43,903 nucleotides of DNA from a virus. Lineage: Duplodnaviria > Caudoviricetes. The position numbers and the translations under genes were made by a program. The stretch lies in the IMG/VR virus record IMGVR_UViG_3300024186_000005, positions 1-43,903 of that record. One strand, written 5' to 3'. Below the pieces are notes generated by a model. It was not told the DNA's origin, ran no database searches, and worked only from the letters and a program-made list of their open reading frames with translations. Below, in pieces: positions 8,869 through 17,107 of the stretch (position 1 is its first letter; each line of letters begins with the position of its first letter).

Positions 8869-8897
8869 TTGACAAACCCATCGCTAGGTTGTAGGCT
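8869..8897 (+). promoter_or_regulatory. Rightward sigma70-like promoter with operator-like dyad in the spacer
   Basis: TTGACA-17 nt-TAGGCT; AACC-N8-GGTT at 8875-8890; RBS GAGG before ATG 8923. Confidence 0.7.
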
Positions 8898-8922
8898 GGG
8901 GTTAGAAAGTGAGGCAGGCGCC

Positions 8923-9141
8923 ATGACAATCGTAAAGCAGGACGGAACATTTAGAATAGCGAAGGATTTGGTTGCAGCCATTTCATTGCCGACAAGGGAG
9001 AAGTGCTATCAATGCCGTGTGCATGGTTTTGATTGGCTTGTGGCCGCCGAATCTGTGGACCACGCACAAAAACAGATTGTCACTGCTCTTGCTTCTGAGG
9101 GTATCCGCTCGACTGGCGCTGGGAGTTTTCAACGTGCATGA
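8923..9141 (+). CDS. Hypothetical early protein
   Basis: RBS plus ATG after the promoter; first gene of a coupled plus-strand operon. Confidence 0.65.
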   Translation: MTIVKQDGTFRIAKDLVAAISLPTREKCYQCRVHGFDWLVAAESVDHAQKQIVTALASEGIRSTGAGSFQRA

Positions 9142-9430
9142 GCGCGAACAACTCCTGCTCTTGCTCAGACGTTATGTCGCCAATGACCACGTACACGGTG
9201 GGTGCGACGAATTAACGCAGGAAGCCGAGGACTTCCTTGATGGGATAGTGAACTCAATGGAAGCCAAGTTGTACGCGCTTGACTTACTGACTCGGGTAGA
9301 GAAGCATCTATTCCGCTGGATTCCAGAGCGTGGTACGGAAGAATATCCGTGTCCTGTTCGTGGTGCTTTACATGATATTTGGCAGTGCGAAAGAGACTTA
9401 AGAGGGGAATTACTGGGGAAACGAACATGA
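9134..9430 (+). CDS. Hypothetical early protein
   Basis: GTG start with GGGAG RBS; overlaps neighbours. Confidence 0.65.
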   Translation: MHEREQLLLLLRRYVANDHVHGGCDELTQEAEDFLDGIVNSMEAKLYALDLLTRVEKHLFRWIPERGTEEYPCPVRGALHDIWQCERDLRGELLGKRT

Positions 9431-9642
9431 GCACCGTTGATGAGGCAGTGAAAGTGATGGAGCAGGCCAAGCAGGAAATTTTCCGCCTACGCGCCACAAA
9501 TGACCAACTCGTGGATATTCTTGAAGAAGTGCGCGACCTAATTGAAGGCTACGTAGACGTATCAGATGGCGACTATGGCCAGCCAGTACCGAACAAGGCC
9601 ATGCGCGCCGTGCAACTCATTGATGGGGCACCTACGAAGTGA
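9427..9642 (+). CDS. Hypothetical coiled-coil early protein
   Basis: ATGA overlap; 71 aa. Confidence 0.7.
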   Translation: MSTVDEAVKVMEQAKQEIFRLRATNDQLVDILEEVRDLIEGYVDVSDGDYGQPVPNKAMRAVQLIDGAPTK

Positions 9643-9968
9643 AACGCCCACGTAGACCAGTGTTAGACATTCCTTATTGGGGAGTTGGCAAGGTGAAGGT
9701 CAAGAAACCGCAAGGCATTGAAAAGGAACTTGTGGAATGGGCTAATGACCCCAATTCATCGGCGAACGAACTAGAAGCGGCAATTGCGCAGGTCGAGCCT
9801 CGAATTGAGGCCAAGGAATGTGGACATTTCATTTGCGCATGCCAACCCAAGAACCCTGCTGCTGTAGCCTTGGGCAAGATACGCAGCCCTAAGAAGGCAG
9901 CCAGCTCTCGGGAAAACGGCAAGCTTGGCGGCAGGCCCAAGAAAGTCATGCCGCGGTCCCCTGCTTAA
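9639..9968 (+). CDS. Small basic DNA-binding protein
   Basis: KNPAAVALG..RSPKKAASSRENGKLGGRPKK motif common in phage DNA-binding proteins. Confidence 0.7.
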   Translation: MKRPRRPVLDIPYWGVGKVKVKKPQGIEKELVEWANDPNSSANELEAAIAQVEPRIEAKECGHFICACQPKNPAAVALGKIRSPKKAASSRENGKLGGRPKKVMPRSPA

Positions 9969-10110
9969 TCAATCTGCTAGTTTGGAGTATTTCTTTGGTC
10001 TGGTAGACCCATTCACATTTTTGGCACATGCGATAGCGCAAGATCATGTCCTTTAGCCTCACTGTGCCTTGTACTCGGCTTCGCTCGCTACCGCACGCTG
10101 GGCATTTCAT
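9946..10110 (-). CDS. Zinc-ribbon protein, Ogr/Delta- or NrdR-N-like (54 aa)
   Basis: Below the track cutoff: MKCPACGSERSRV...RYRMCQKCEWVYQTKE; ATGA-coupled. Confidence 0.75.
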   Translation of the reverse strand: MKCPACGSERSRVQGTVRLKDMILRYRMCQKCEWVYQTKEILQTSRLIKQGTAA

Positions 10111-10271
10111 GGCGCTGGCCGCACCTCAGGCGCTGGCCCCTTCCTGTTTTTCTCAAAAAGTTCACTTGTCATATACCACTCATAAAAGTCCCATGCCCTG
10201 CGAAACTCAAAGCCCATCCGCCACATATCCAGCGAATAAAAGAATTGCTTTATTCTAAACATCTTACTCAT
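10107..10271 (-). CDS. Hypothetical 54 aa aromatic-rich protein
   Basis: MSKMFRIKQFFYSLDMWRMGFEF...; stop overlaps the ATG at 10110. Confidence 0.55.
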   Translation of the reverse strand: MSKMFRIKQFFYSLDMWRMGFEFRRAWDFYEWYMTSELFEKNRKGPAPEVRPAP

Positions 10272-10304
10272 GGTTGCGACTCACCAAGATTTGAGCAAGG
10301 GTAT

Positions 10305-10877
10305 TCAGGGCGTGCACGGATAATCGCCGCTGATTACGGGCTGTGGCTTGGGAGCTTCGGCCCACGGCTGGCATTTGCCCACCAAGTCTTTATCGAATAC
10401 GCATTCTTCGCCTAAGACTATTGGAACTACTAGTGCTGGCTCCTGCTTGGGCGCGGCTGGTTTAATCTGGCGTAGCAATTCCTTTTGCTCGGCATCTGTG
10501 CAGGGCCTCGTGAGCACGAAATCGCCCGCTCCCTCGTAGCATGCGTATCCGCCTTGCATGATGAGATTTGGTTGCCGCTTCGCCTTCGCTGGCTTGGTGG
10601 GCGGGTCCCAAGGGAAAGTCTCGTCTTTACAATACTCAGGGCCATATTCACGACCACGAAAATCTACCGCTCGCTCGCAAATGTGGAAGCGAATATCAGA
10701 TAGTACCGAAGGTGTTGGCGCTGGCACTTCCTTCACCGCTTGATGCGCCGCGTACCACTCATCGCTCCAACGCTTCTGCTCGGCGCGGCCCACCGCTCGG
10801 CCATAAGCCCATCCAATCAAAAAACTTGCCGTTATCGAAAGCACTAAAATCACTACAGTCCACGTTCTCTCGCTCAT
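10305..10877 (-). CDS. Membrane-anchored Cys-containing protein
   Basis: N-terminal TM (WTVVILVLSITASFLIGWAYG); GGAGG RBS. Confidence 0.7.
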   Translation of the reverse strand: MSERTWTVVILVLSITASFLIGWAYGRAVGRAEQKRWSDEWYAAHQAVKEVPAPTPSVLSDIRFHICERAVDFRGREYGPEYCKDETFPWDPPTKPAKAKRQPNLIMQGGYACYEGAGDFVLTRPCTDAEQKELLRQIKPAAPKQEPALVVPIVLGEECVFDKDLVGKCQPWAEAPKPQPVISGDYPCTP

Positions 10878-10889
10878 CTCCGCCTCCCC

Positions 10890-11525
10890 TCAGCCCTTCG
10901 TCCCGCCCCACTGCTCTGCCATCGCGTCTGCAATTCCTGGCAGGAATATGCTTCTCCGCTGCGCCCGCGTCAGTCCGTTCTTCACTCCTGGCGATTCGTG
11001 ATGCACCCGTGGCTTGCGGCCCTCGACCATATTCGTCGGCACCAGCGGAGGCAATCCTTTCAGGTAAAGTCCGGTTTTCTTTGTCTCTCCATGCCCGAAC
11101 ATATAGGGCTGGATAATCTGCGTTCGCGGCACCGTAATCATGGCTGCGGCGTAACGATGCATCACGGGATTCTCCATGCACACTTTGGGAATTCTTGCGC
11201 TCCAGTCCCAAATGCGCTGAAAGTTCAGGGCGGATGTTCGCATTTCATGCCATGTGTCCCAGTTTTCCCCGTTGCTTTTCTTGCCGCCGATATACAGATG
11301 CTTGACTCCACTGTTGCAAAGGCGCGTGCAGGTCCAGAACGCCAGCATCAGGTCGAACACTTCTAGCCCTTTAATCACGTCCGCGAGTACCCTGAAAATG
11401 TCTCCCTGGATATGCGGGCCGGGGCGAAGTGATGGCAGCAGATCGCACGATACGGCATCATGTCCCAGGGCGATAAAGGCATCGCGCACAACTCCCGAGA
11501 ACTCACATGCAACCAGCACTCTCAC
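10890..11525 (-). CDS. Phage DNA cytosine methyltransferase-like protein
   Basis: VLVACEFSGVVRDAF, SCDL, ENP, IIQPYMFGH, KKTGLYLKGLP, GIADAMAEQWG; GTG start with GGAG RBS (track start 11660). Confidence 0.8.
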   Translation of the reverse strand: MRVLVACEFSGVVRDAFIALGHDAVSCDLLPSLRPGPHIQGDIFRVLADVIKGLEVFDLMLAFWTCTRLCNSGVKHLYIGGKKSNGENWDTWHEMRTSALNFQRIWDWSARIPKVCMENPVMHRYAAAMITVPRTQIIQPYMFGHGETKKTGLYLKGLPPLVPTNMVEGRKPRVHHESPGVKNGLTRAQRRSIFLPGIADAMAEQWGGTKG

Positions 11526-11562
11526 CCCCGCTCTCCTCTCGCAACCTTCTGCGCGTACTCGG

Positions 11563-11760
11563 TCATGCCCAACTCCCGCGTTTGATCGCCGCCTTGATGA
11601 CTTCTTCCTTGCTGGACGTGATGGGCACGTCGCGCAGCAAAGCCTCGTCCCACGTGCCATCGTCCAGGTGCTTGCGCTTCACCATCCAGGCACCATCTCC
11701 GGCAGTGCTGGCCTCGTATTCGTAGCGCACCCGCTTCGCCTTCCTTCGCTGGGGTTTCAT
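11563..11760 (-). CDS. Hypothetical protein
   Basis: ATGA-coupled start MKPQRRK. Confidence 0.55.
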   Translation of the reverse strand: MKPQRRKAKRVRYEYEASTAGDGAWMVKRKHLDDGTWDEALLRDVPITSSKEEVIKAAIKRGSWA

Positions 11761-11839
11761 GGGCGCCGCCTTACGCAGTAATGCCACCAATCGGCTGGAT
11801 GCGTTACACAAATCCAAAGCCACTCCCAAAAGCTAATTT

Positions 11840-12445
11840 TCATGCCTCCTCCTTCGGCGTCTCCCCGCTGACTGGGGAGTCGGCCAGCGCACGGATGGCC
11901 ACTTTAGCTTCAGGTTCCAAAGTGCGAATCGCTCCACGCCTTGAACGCCATTGGACCTCCGCCGCCTTCTCCAACGCCGCACCCTTTATGGCGGCATCAC
12001 GAGTCTTGACGCGCACCAAGAACTCATCATCAATCACCAGCAGGTCGTCTTTTACGAGTGACGATTGGAACAATCCTGCATCGAGTAGCGGCATCGTATG
12101 CACCGCATGGCGCGTGTCGGGTGAGTCGGGGATTTTGGGGATAGAGCCTCCCGTTGGCCGCTCGGCCAGTTTCGCCTCAAGTAGATCAATCTTTTCCCAC
12201 GCACGGTCTCGATACTCCCATGCCTCCACGCACATATTGTTCCAGTGGATGGCGTTTTGTTTCCACTGCTCTTTCGACCACCCACCGTCCGCTGGCCGCT
12301 CGGCTGGCTTCTCCGCGAGTGCGGCGAGCTGCGCATTCAAGTCTCGCGTGATGTATGTTAGCTGGGCCAAACTCATTTGCTTCATTATGTTCGGCTTGTG
12401 CTTCTCAAGCGCATTCGCTAAGTCCTTCCACGATAGCTCATTCAT
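11840..12445 (-). CDS. Hypothetical mosaic protein
   Basis: 201 aa with RBS; coupled operon. Confidence 0.65.
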   Translation of the reverse strand: MNELSWKDLANALEKHKPNIMKQMSLAQLTYITRDLNAQLAALAEKPAERPADGGWSKEQWKQNAIHWNNMCVEAWEYRDRAWEKIDLLEAKLAERPTGGSIPKIPDSPDTRHAVHTMPLLDAGLFQSSLVKDDLLVIDDEFLVRVKTRDAAIKGAALEKAAEVQWRSRRGAIRTLEPEAKVAIRALADSPVSGETPKEEA

Positions 12446-12485
12446 GTGTCACCCTTTCCGCGTCCTCGCCAGCAACTCGACGCGC

Positions 12486-12686
12486 TCAAATCACTTTTAC
12501 TTGGCCGCACTCTCGACAGCAAATCGTGACTTTCCAATCACATTGCTTGATTCCGCTGATGAAGCAGAAACCCGGACAGGAATCCTCGTGCGTGATGCCC
12601 ACGAACTCATAGCCCTGCAAGCCCAGCAAATGCTTAATCCTGTGCCACCTCCCCCGCTTGGGGGCCGCTTTGCTCGGCGGGGTCAT
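12486..12686 (-). CDS. Cys-rich small protein
   Basis: HEDSCPGFC...CCRECG; ATGA overlap. Confidence 0.6.
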   Translation of the reverse strand: MTPPSKAAPKRGRWHRIKHLLGLQGYEFVGITHEDSCPGFCFISGIKQCDWKVTICCRECGQVKVI

Positions 12687-12865
12687 GGCTGGCGCTCCAC
12701 GCCGTACTCTATTTTGGTGATAACTACCGTGCCGCCGTTGCTAACATAACCGTAAACCTTAGCCGTAAAATCTTTCCCTTTTGCTGCGTCGAAGCCTAAT
12801 AGTTTAATCTTCGGCTTGCGCCCCCTCGCCTTACGCTTTCCTGCCATCTTCGCCTCCTGCATCAT
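12683..12865 (-). CDS. Small basic hypothetical protein
   Basis: 60 aa; coupled. Confidence 0.55.
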   Translation of the reverse strand: MMQEAKMAGKRKARGRKPKIKLLGFDAAKGKDFTAKVYGYVSNGGTVVITKIEYGVERQP

Positions 12866-12867
12866 GG

Positions 12868-13458
12868 CTACCGCCCATCGGCAACCGCGGTCGTGCTCGG
12901 GACTTCATTTCCCCAAGAGTCCCAACCTAGCCTCATCGTGCGGGCAAAAAGCTCTAAATATGGCCCCTGACTTTGTTGCTCAACCATCCGATAAAACCAT
13001 TCCGGTTTTACGCTGTGAGGCAACCGTGGCGACAGAAATAATGTCGGGCAAGCTGCTCCGCTCAAACGCATAGAACCGCGCACACAAAACAAAATATGTT
13101 CCGTCGCTCCGCGAAAGTAATAGCCGGTTTTCATGCTTGGCGTACCATCGGACTTTACTTTGCCCCAAGTAATGAGTGTCTTGGGTTTGAATCCCCAAGC
13201 CCTAGCAAGTTCGTGAGCTTCGACTAGAAAACTGTTTGTCGTCCAAAGATAGAGATGGCAATTCACTTCTGCCTTTTCTTCTACGGCCATTTTCTTCAAA
13301 TCCTGCATTGAAAGCGCCCCATACCGTATGGCGCTGCCAACGCAGCCTGTTGGCGTATTCCAACTGTTCGGTCTGTGGTTTGGTGCCGAACGCGGGCCTT
13401 CTACATTTTCATAAGGCCACGGTGGGTCAGCAACAATCGTTTGGTAATTTGGTTTCAT
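12868..13458 (-). CDS. MT-A70 family adenine-N6 methyltransferase
   Basis: IVADPPW, HLYLWTTN, AWGF, GYYFRGATEHILF, HSVKP, YLELFAR, GWDSWGNE. Confidence 0.92.
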   Translation of the reverse strand: MKPNYQTIVADPPWPYENVEGPRSAPNHRPNSWNTPTGCVGSAIRYGALSMQDLKKMAVEEKAEVNCHLYLWTTNSFLVEAHELARAWGFKPKTLITWGKVKSDGTPSMKTGYYFRGATEHILFCVRGSMRLSGAACPTLFLSPRLPHSVKPEWFYRMVEQQSQGPYLELFARTMRLGWDSWGNEVPSTTAVADGR

Positions 13459-13712
13459 GCGCGATTCTTATGAGCGATTTTCTTCAATTCATCGGCCCGT
13501 TTAATGATTAGTTGGTATGGCCCATGTTCTTTCCACGCCTCTTGTCCTTCCGCTGCGTCATATATTGCGCCAAGTAGGTCGTCTATCGCTATTTCCAGAG
13601 GATTTTTCATCATTTTTATCAGCCTTTCTGAGTTAGGAAACCCTTCACAGCACCATGGGCATCGCGGAGCAATGTCCGGGAATGTTTTGTCGTGAAACGC
13701 GCAATAAGCCAT
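13455..13712 (-). CDS. Hypothetical protein with N-terminal CxxH...CxxC
   Basis: AAGGAG RBS before ATG 13712. Confidence 0.6.
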   Translation of the reverse strand: MAYCAFHDKTFPDIAPRCPWCCEGFPNSERLIKMMKNPLEIAIDDLLGAIYDAAEGQEAWKEHGPYQLIIKRADELKKIAHKNRA

Positions 13713-13795
13713 CTCAGTCTCCTTGATGCGGTCGCCACCCAACACCAGTTAAGCTCGGTGGTCGCAAAAACTCTTAAGCCCTTTCCCGCTTGGCG

Positions 13796-13921
13796 CTATC
13801 CCCTGCGCGGGGCCGGGTGCCAATACACCAGCCAGCGCCAGAATCCAAATCCAACCGCTCTACCGTTGGGATCGCGCACGAAGCGCGGCCTGTGAAAGTA
13901 ATATCCCTTCATCCAAATCAT
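13796..13921 (-). CDS. Small aromatic/basic peptide
   Basis: GGAGG RBS; MIWMKGYYFHRPRF... Confidence 0.45.
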   Translation of the reverse strand: MIWMKGYYFHRPRFVRDPNGRAVGFGFWRWLVYWHPAPRRG

Positions 13922-13923
13922 GG

Positions 13924-14274
13924 CTACACACCCTCCAGACTGACTCGAATCTGCTTGCTCCAGCGTGGCTTGCGATAGTCCAGCAAAGAGTGGTGGAGAC
14001 GACAAAGCCCTATTAGGTTGCTGGCCCGATCATCCCTCCCCTTGCTCCTCGGCTTGATGTGGTGCGGGTCATGCATCTCGCTCCGGCAGTAGATTTGTTT
14101 CTCAACTCCCCATTCCACTAGCTTTTCGCACTTGCCATTGCCCCGCTCCCATATCTCCCGCTTCCTCGCTGTCCAGTCCCGCCCATACAATACCTCGCTG
14201 CCATCATTGCGGACATAGCTGCGCGGGTCAGTGTAGCCTCGCTCGGCCTTTAGTTCTTTGGACTTAAATAGCAT
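13924..14274 (-). CDS. HNH endonuclease
   Basis: HDPHHIKPRSKGRDDRASNLIGLCRLHH. Confidence 0.88.
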   Translation of the reverse strand: MLFKSKELKAERGYTDPRSYVRNDGSEVLYGRDWTARKREIWERGNGKCEKLVEWGVEKQIYCRSEMHDPHHIKPRSKGRDDRASNLIGLCRLHHSLLDYRKPRWSKQIRVSLEGV

Positions 14275-14440
14275 TCCTTAGCTCCGTGTGTCCCGGCTTC
14301 CAAATACGCGCTGACGTGAAAAGCCTCTTGTGATAACGCAATACGCCATCTCGCTTCTGGCACTTCGGGCTGCAATACTTCGCGTCACTGCGCCGCGTTT
14401 TCGGAATTTCGTTCTGGCACTTCTTGCGGTTGCATTTCAT
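14264..14440 (-). CDS. Zinc-finger protein (CGNR-like)
   Basis: CNRKKC...RSDAKYCSPKC. Confidence 0.65.
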   Translation of the reverse strand: MKCNRKKCQNEIPKTRRSDAKYCSPKCQKRDGVLRYHKRLFTSARIWKPGHTELRNAI

Positions 14441-14567
14441 CGATGTCCCTTTCTCCGCGCTCTTTCTCGCCCAGCGGTAAAAGCTCAAATTCCTGCTCGT
14501 GAAATCCATTCCGTGTAACCCACCGCCTGCGTCCAATCCGGCAGATGATTGCAACGGGTTCGCTCAT
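14385..14567 (-). CDS. Hypothetical protein
   Basis: ATGA overlap with the upstream stop. Confidence 0.5.
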   Translation of the reverse strand: MSEPVAIICRIGRRRWVTRNGFHEQEFELLPLGEKERGERDIDEMQPQEVPERNSENAAQ

Positions 14568-14992
14568 GGAGTCCCTTTATGACATGGGCATCGGCTAACG
14601 AAAAAATAGCCTGGCATGTCCGATCTTTCCCTCTTCCACCATCCGTCCGGGAAGCAATTCTTGCAGTACTTGCCCATTGGTTCCGTCTCTGCTTGCTGCT
14701 GTGGAGGCATCCATTCCGTTTTTTCATTCGCAAATTCGAGCAAGTCCGCAATCAAAGGCATCCGCTTCAAAGTCCTGAGTGCCTTTTTCGTGATCCGTTC
14801 AATCTGCTCGGGCTTCAGTTCCCGCAGCGCGTCAATGTAAATCTGCTTTTCCAACTCGTCCAGGGAGCGCCGGAAGTGCCTCTCCAGTACCGCTAAGGAC
14901 ATCACGATTGCGCTCAAGTATTCGGCGCGTAGAGGCGTCTCCTTCTTCCCTGCGAATAGCGTCGAAGGATTTTGGTTGCTGAATTGCTCCAT
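14564..14992 (-). CDS. Putative helicase loader (lambda P-like position) with C-terminal zinc finger
   Basis: Follows the initiator; YIDALREL...MPLIADLL helix bundle; CKNC..DGW...RCPC. Confidence 0.6.
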   Translation of the reverse strand: MEQFSNQNPSTLFAGKKETPLRAEYLSAIVMSLAVLERHFRRSLDELEKQIYIDALRELKPEQIERITKKALRTLKRMPLIADLLEFANEKTEWMPPQQQAETEPMGKYCKNCFPDGWWKRERSDMPGYFFVSRCPCHKGTP

Positions 14993-15566
14993 GTGTTTTT
15001 TCCTTTCTGACCGGGAAAACATCCTGCCAACAATTACGAATGCTTTGCTCTAGGACCTCTACCGGGTCCTCCCCCTTGTCTTTCAGTTTCCGCAGTTCCT
15101 TCTGTATGAGTTCGATTGCCCGGGCCGTCATGGGCTTGCGAATCTTCTTCCGCATCTCCACAAACTCCAGCCAGAGGCTTACAGGCACAAGCGCCGAAGG
15201 CGCAGCTTCTTTCTCTTTCTCTATCTCTCTCTCTTCCTCTGTCTCTGTCTCTGGAATAGCATCTTGCTTGCAGTCTGCTAGCACGTTGCTAGCATTATGC
15301 TCAAACCATGAGGAACAGTCTGAAAGCAAAGCAGTTACTCTGTTTTCTGAGATTCGCAAGCGGAATGCTAGCGTCTTGCTATCAGGAAGATAGCCATTTT
15401 CCTCGCTTGCAATCAGCCAGAGCATAATCAGCCCCTTTGCGGCCTCTCCTGGCAAGTTATGCCACTCAATATCGTCCAGGATTTCCCGATATAGCTTTAT
15501 CCAGGGAGGCTTACGTTCCTTGTAGTGCTGGAACTTTTCCCAGTTGCGTATGCGCACTCGGCTCAC
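14832..15566 (-). CDS. Replication initiator (lambda O-like)
   Basis: NWEKFQHYK..PPWIKLY N-domain; ETETEEEREIEKEKE linker; WLEFVEMRKKIRKPMT...EQSIRNCWQDVF C-domain; internal iterons. Confidence 0.85.
   Translation of the reverse strand: MSRVRIRNWEKFQHYKERKPPWIKLYREILDDIEWHNLPGEAAKGLIMLWLIASEENGYLPDSKTLAFRLRISENRVTALLSDCSSWFEHNASNVLADCKQDAIPETETEEEREIEKEKEAAPSALVPVSLWLEFVEMRKKIRKPMTARAIELIQKELRKLKDKGEDPVEVLEQSIRNCWQDVFPVRKEKTHGAIQQPKSFDAIRREEGDASTRRILERNRDVLSGTGEALPALPGRVGKADLH
15254..15384. repeat. Iteron array, candidate replication origin
   Basis: TGCTAGCA-like octamers at 15254, 15265, 15276, 15287, 15298 (11-bp period) and at 15366, 15377. Confidence 0.7.
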
Positions 15567-15787
15567 GCCGCCCCCTCAAACAACTCCCGCTGGCCCTTGA
15601 GCGAATAAGTCACATGCCGCGAGCCATTTACGCGCTTTTCGCTCGAAACGATCTCCCAGCCAGCCCTGCGTAACTCGCTGATTCGCTTGGTGTAGCAGAG
15701 CACGCCGCACATCGCCAGGTCCCGGCTGGTTGCTGGGCCTCGTTGGAGGCGTCTGAGCACCACGTCCCGCTGTGTAGAGCGTTCCAT
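15563..15787 (-). CDS. Winged-helix DNA-binding protein (HTH_39-like)
   Basis: RLQRGPATSRDL...YTKRISELRRAGWEI; TAATG overlap start. Confidence 0.75.
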   Translation of the reverse strand: MERSTQRDVVLRRLQRGPATSRDLAMCGVLCYTKRISELRRAGWEIVSSEKRVNGSRHVTYSLKGQRELFEGAA

Positions 15788-16122
15788 TACTTCTTTCCCC
15801 GCTTCTTTGGCTTGCTGGCGTTGGCCGCGAATTGCTGGTGCAGCAAGGTTCCGCGTATCTCGTCCAGCCGTTGCTGGCACGTTGCTTGTAGCATCGCTAT
15901 CCAGCCAGAAATTGCCTCACGGTCTTGGTCTTGTTGCTTGAGTACGTTGTCCAACCGCTCGCAGATCACGCCCTGCCCTTGCTCAATCGTTGCCAGCCGC
16001 GACTTAATCTCTCGTAAACTGACCATCTCAGTCGGCTTTTCTGGCTGCGTATACGAACAGTTGCATTGCCCGCTCAAATAACGCGCTGGGCAGATTAGAG
16101 AATGTTGATGTTGTCCGTTCAT
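15787..16122 (-). CDS. Hypothetical coiled-coil protein
   Basis: ATGA overlap; His/Cys N-terminus. Confidence 0.6.
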   Translation of the reverse strand: MNGQHQHSLICPARYLSGQCNCSYTQPEKPTEMVSLREIKSRLATIEQGQGVICERLDNVLKQQDQDREAISGWIAMLQATCQQRLDEIRGTLLHQQFAANASKPKKRGKK

Positions 16123-16433
16123 TTCCCCTCCAGCCATGCCGATAGCCACGCCCGCGCATTGCCATTCAGAATTTCCCTGTTAGTGAACCGCATAATCCTG
16201 AATCCCATGAGCTGAGCCAGCCGATCTTTCTCGTATTGCTGCTCTAATGCCTTGCCCCTCATGTGGCCACCTGACCATTGCCCGCCATCCGCTTCAAATC
16301 CCATTTTTAGCTCCTCGGAAAACAAATCGAAACGATAACGGCGCTCCAAGCAAAAGCGGTATTCTGGTCGCGTCTCGATACCGATTTCCCTTAAATGGAT
16401 GCGAAGTAACTGCTGTGATTTCGTGAGCTTCAC
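16119..16433 (-). CDS. PD-(D/E)xK endonuclease (DUF559/Vsr-like)
   Basis: EYRFC..RRYRFD...FEADGGQW..GH...EKD..AQLMGFRIMRFT. Confidence 0.85.
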   Translation of the reverse strand: MKLTKSQQLLRIHLREIGIETRPEYRFCLERRYRFDLFSEELKMGFEADGGQWSGGHMRGKALEQQYEKDRLAQLMGFRIMRFTNREILNGNARAWLSAWLEGK

Positions 16434-16663
16434 AGCTCAATCCTGTCCAGCACCGTGGTAATCAGCCACCACAGCCCTATCGCTGCCAGCAGTCCGCCGC
16501 AGAACAGCCCTACTAGCGCCAGCTTCCAGTGCACTATTGGCTTGTAGGCACCTTCGCGCAAATAGAAGGCTTTTACCGCTTGCTCGCGCCGCTCAGCTTC
16601 CTCGTCCAGCAGCGCGAGAGCACGGTCTACCTGGGTCCGGCTGGGGGTTGAGTAGTGGTTCAT
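16430..16663 (-). CDS. Small protein with C-terminal TM helix
   Basis: AAGGAGG RBS; LALVGLFCGGLLAAIGLWWL. Confidence 0.65.
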   Translation of the reverse strand: MNHYSTPSRTQVDRALALLDEEAERREQAVKAFYLREGAYKPIVHWKLALVGLFCGGLLAAIGLWWLITTVLDRIEL

Positions 16664-16875
16664 GGCTGGGCCTCCTTCGGCTTACATGCCAAGCACTTCC
16701 AATCGACTTCATCATCTCCGCGCATATAGCTGACTTGCGTTTCTTGCCGCCAGAATTGCTCGTTCTTGCCGAATCGATGGTCACAACTTCCGCACTTCAG
16801 CCCAACCATGCCTGTATAGTTCTCAGTGCTGGCCAGTTCCCAATCGAGTTCTACTGGGTATCTCTTTTTGCTCAT
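16660..16875 (-). CDS. Zinc-binding hypothetical protein
   Basis: CGSC...CLAC; AAGGAGG RBS at ATG 16875. Confidence 0.65.
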   Translation of the reverse strand: MSKKRYPVELDWELASTENYTGMVGLKCGSCDHRFGKNEQFWRQETQVSYMRGDDEVDWKCLACKPKEAQP

Positions 16876-16901
16876 TGGCTGGGCCTCCTTACTCGGCGTT
16901 C

Positions 16902-17096
16902 TCAATTGCTGATCTCTTGAAACTCTTCTGCTGTGATGCCTCCGCCTGTCAGCGCCATAAACAGTGCTTCCACTGCTTTACGTTCTCGGTTGGCAGCTTT
17001 CTTCGTGAGGCCCCGCGTTGAATTGCAGGAATGTACAACTTCGACTTCGGCGCGAATCAACTCTTCGATCATTTCAAGTGCTTTTTGGCGTTCCAT
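16902..17096 (-). CDS. Hypothetical protein
   Basis: AAGGAG RBS; 64 aa. Confidence 0.65.
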   Translation of the reverse strand: MERQKALEMIEELIRAEVEVVHSCNSTRGLTKKAANRERKAVEALFMALTGGGITAEEFQEISN

Positions 17097-17107
17097 AGTC
17101 CCACTCC

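Noticed and set aside
11781-12749. 322 aa plus-strand ORF
   Set aside because: Antisense shadow of coupled minus-strand genes; Ser-rich, no motif.
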